From Podarcis muralis (Eukaryota), in assembly GCF_964188315.1 (NCBI RefSeq), contig NC_135660.1:35960001-36024000 (forward strand): a stretch of DNA of 64,000 nucleotides, written 5' to 3'. Below the pieces are notes generated by a model. That model did no database searches. It worked only from the letters and a program-made list of their open reading frames with translations, and was not told the DNA's origin. The position numbers were made by a program, and so were the translations under genes. Of the stretch, positions 61,181 to 64,000 are shown piece by piece (within the stretch, counting starts at the first letter, position 1; each line of letters begins with the position of its first letter).

Positions 61181-61432
61181 TATATAAAACACCTGCAGTC
61201 TTCTGTGGAGTGAAAAGCCAAATTCCACTATAAAATGCATCAAAGCTTAAGAACTAAATGGCTGAAGCAGTACCTTTCTCAAACACAATCCTGAATGTGG
61301 TCACATGCATTCAATGATAACTAAACAATGCATAGTTTACAGGCTGCCAGTATTCCCACCTGTGCTTAAGGAATTATTCCTTTTCCCCTGCATATTAGAT
61401 TGTCCACCATCTCCAATGCTGAGCTACTAGAT

Positions 61433-61566
61433 CAGGCTTCATCAACCTGGTGCCCTCCAGAAGTTTTGGACTACAACTCCCATCAGCCTTAGCCAACAGC
61501 CACTCATTGGAGCTGATGGGAAGTGTAGTTCAAAACATCTGGACAGCACCAGTTTGGTGAAGGTTG
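61433..61566. mobile_element. Degenerate palindromic hAT-type MITE
   Basis: CAGGCTTCATCAACCTGGTGCCCTCCAGA...TCTGGACAGCACCAGTTTGGTGAAGGTTG; flanks TACTAGAT / TGCTAGAC. Confidence 0.6.
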
Positions 61567-61658
61567 TGCTAGACAAACTCCTGTGGGGGCAGCAGGATCT
61601 GAACTTGCCTATTTGGGGAAGGGACCAGCGACAGGTTAGAAAAATAAGCATGCTATAC

Positions 61659-61788
61659 CTGAGAACTTGGAGAAATTCCGGATAGGCATGATGCGCTTGC
61701 GTATATTATTCCTGAGCTGATCTTCATAGATTAAAACAATAGAGGGAGGGTTTAATTTGATGCCGCACTTCTTTGCCACGTAAGACAT
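61659..61788 (-). CDS. CEP19: CEP19 first coding exon; total 162 aa
   Basis: MSYVAKKCGIKLNPPSIVLIYEDQLRNNIRKRIMPIRNFSKFS G|GTATAG (human, recalled: KKCGIRFQPPAIILIYE...RIMPVRNFSKFS). 130 nt. Not in the ORF track. Confidence 0.93.
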
Positions 61789-62049
61789 CCTGCTGTATGC
61801 TTAGTCAGAAGACACCACATTTATTCATGCCCAGTGAACCAACTTTTTATTTTGATAAGCCATTGAGACACGTTAGAGGTGTTTAAAAGGACCAAGAAGT
61901 TTAAAACCGCTTATGAAACAGGATCCCACTTCGGATATTAAAAACTGCCAGTGGCTTCACAACGGCATGCTTGAGTGGCACTGTCCATTTAATAGCGAAA
62001 CTCGTATTTCGCCACTTAGGAGAGGATCCCTCTCAGACCCCATTCAGCG

Positions 62050-62900
62050 CCTCAGCTTTTAAAAACAGTGTGTTTCCAAAGGCGAGCAGGCCGACTAAGG
62101 CAGGCGAAGGAGAAACCGAGTCCCGGCCTCTGCCCGGCCTGCGCACGCACCGCGGCTCCTTCTTCCGAGGCCCCAAGGACCTCACTGCTTCCTACTTTCC
62201 TCTGCATCGGCTGCAGCCGCAGCGTGGCGCACGCGCGCCAGCATCCAACTCGTCACCATGACAACGGCTCGGCGCCGCCGCCGCCGCTCCATCAGGCCCC
62301 CTTCGGCATTGCTGTCTTCGAACGTGCCTGCGAAGAGACGTCTTCGCAGAGGTTCCGCGGAGCTTCTCTTTGCTTCTCCCTATGGTCCTGAGAAGGGCGA
62401 GGGCGGAGGCCGTGGCTAGGTGCAGGTCAGTCCGACTATGCTCTTCAAGTCAGGCGCCCATGAGAACGCTCTGGAAGAGGGGAGGACCTTGGTTGTGGGC
62501 GGAAGAGGCGGCGCGTGCATGAAGTAAGGGGGCACCGTTGGGCTGCGTGGGGTTTAGACCCCGCGGCCCTCTCGAGGTGCGGGAAGAGCTGGCCCTCCCG
62601 CTCTCGTATCTTCAGCCCGGGAGGCAGCATATTCCGAGGGGATACTCTCGACTGGGTGCTTGCGGGAAGCGGGTGGGGGAGCTCAGTGGCCCTGCGGACC
62701 GCCAGCCTTCGCTCGCAGAGCCCCTGGTCAGGGGTCGTGGGAATGGTCGCCTAGCAACGTCGCATAGAGTGACATTTAGACCAAGCGAAAGGCCTGCGTC
62801 CTAGGGCGCCGCTAGGTCTTCTCCTCTCCGGGGGAGCCTCGGGTGGTTTCTGCTTCAGAAAGTTGCACTCGCAGTCACCAGTTTTCGGATTGCTTCCCCT
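62050..62900. promoter_or_regulatory. CpG island: CEP19 promoter/non-coding exon 1, probably shared with divergent PIGX; two RFX X-boxes
   Basis: Minus-strand donor GCA|GTGAGG at 62185; GTCACCATGACAAC at 62252-62265; GTCGCCTAGCAAC at 62746-62758. PIGX is inferred only from conserved 3q29 synteny. Confidence 0.75.
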
Positions 62901-63254
62901 CTCTCCCTTTTTGTCCCTAAATGCTTGAGATAGGTATTCCTCGGAAGGTTGAATGTCGCTGCCTCGTGCGAGTTTGCAAAATAATTTAATTTGCTTAAAA
63001 GAGTCCAAACTGTTGACAGAAGTGTCTTTAATGCGACAAGTAGAAGGGTCGTCGTCTTTTTTTTATATGGTTCCTACTCTATGCGGAGAAAAAGAAAGAT
63101 TATTTCACAGGGGCTTATTTCCTTGTAAGTCTGTTGACGGCTCGGGCAGGCTTCTTGGCTGTGAAGCTCAAAGCTCCCAAGAGAACATAGCTGGCAAAAA
63201 ACAGGAGGACTCTTGTATGGATGGTATAAATATATAGTGGGCATGAGATTGGAA

Positions 63255-63600
63255 ACACATTATTTATATTATTTATTTAACAGAATTTATATACTGATTA
63301 ATCATCCAAAACCCCTAAGTGGTTACAATCAAGTGGTATATAAATTTTGTGAAATAAATGATAAACAGAACAGAAATATTCATTAAAGTATTGATAAAAT
63401 TGAATGTTAAGAGCAAATATAAGTAAAACCAGCAGTTGTTAACAATGTACATAATTAAATAAAGTATGGGTAAGCTTACCTAAAAATAAATCCTAGCAGG
63501 TGCCAAAAACAATACAGTGAAGGTGCCTACCTAATATCAGTGGGGAGGGAGTTCCATAGAATAAGTGCTGTCACACTGGAGTGTTGGTTTCTTGCAAGTG
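63255..63600 (-). mobile_element. L2 LINE 3' end remnant
   Basis: TATTTATTTAACAGAATTTATATAC...ACAGTGAAGGTGCCTACCTAAT...GGGAGTTCCA, similar to 41860-42140. Confidence 0.55.
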
Positions 63601-63974
63601 GCACTTGTAAAAGTCCCAGTTCATACATAATAATACATACGAAGTAGCATACATACATATGATTTGTTCGGCCACATTAAGGCTTTATAAATCCATATAC
63701 ATGGTAGAATACTGTCAGCATGGGCAGTATCTCTGTCAAGGCATCTTCAAAGAACATTCACAACGGTGGATGGAAAAGGCTCTAGGGTGGAGTAGTTATG
63801 TCCCTGGTTTTATGTCCCTGGTATTCTTCCAAAGAGGGAAAGAAAGGGGAATACACAAATCTCCCCACAGGCTATACACTTGTGATCTCTGATTCTGTGA
63901 CAAGATGGCTTAGGTGCCGCAGTGCCATCAACTTCATATGCTTGTATACGTTGTAGTGACATGAATGGAGTGTT

Positions 63975-64000
63975 GATTCTCCTTGGTTATCTTCCCATAG
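63975..64000 (+). other. Splice-acceptor-like sequence at the window end (possible PIGX exon starting at 64001)
   Basis: GATTCTCCTTGGTTATCTTCCCATAG: pyrimidine tract ending in TAG exactly at the edge. No PIGX coding sequence was recognised inside the window. Confidence 0.3.

Noticed and set aside
62953-63237. 94-aa ORF containing ...MRQVEG...LFHRG, loosely reminiscent of PIGX RQEVLKDGFHR
   Set aside because: Spacing and residues do not align, and there is no suitable acceptor; treated as chance similarity.

Overview
Eukaryotic (squamate, most likely lacertid-type lizard, inferred from Sauria SINEs, BovB and the MITE families) genomic window syntenic with human 3q29. Gene order: UBXN7 exon 1 (-), RNF168 (-, 6 coding exons, 484 aa), SMCO1/C3orf43 (-, 3 exons, 194 aa), WDR53 (-, 2 coding exons, 351 aa), FBXO45 (+, 3 exons, 283 aa), NRROS/LRRC33 (+, 2 coding exons, 682 aa), CEP19 (-, 2 coding exons, 162 aa), and probably the promoter/first intron of PIGX (+, synteny only). 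All exon boundaries were read by hand and give GT-AG introns with consistent phases. Orthology calls rest on my recall of the human proteins, not on a database search. Four CpG islands are present; those at ~29.6-30.7 kb and ~62.0-62.9 kb look bidirectional. Intergenic and intronic DNA is filled with RTE, BovB and L2 LINE fragments, Sauria SINEs, and Tc1/Tigger-like and hAT MITEs, several nested and many with intact TSDs. I found no convincing new protein-coding system. The best leads are regulatory or transposon-related: a splice-created 5-codon uORF ending 1 nt before the NRROS start codon, a MITE family carrying NRF1 plus ETS/GABPA promoter motifs near two CpG promoters, an inverted bipartite BovB insertion with a 13-bp TSD, RFX X-boxes at the CEP19 promoter, a MEF2/TATA muscle-type SMCO1 promoter, and a possible SMCO1 C-terminal frameshift.
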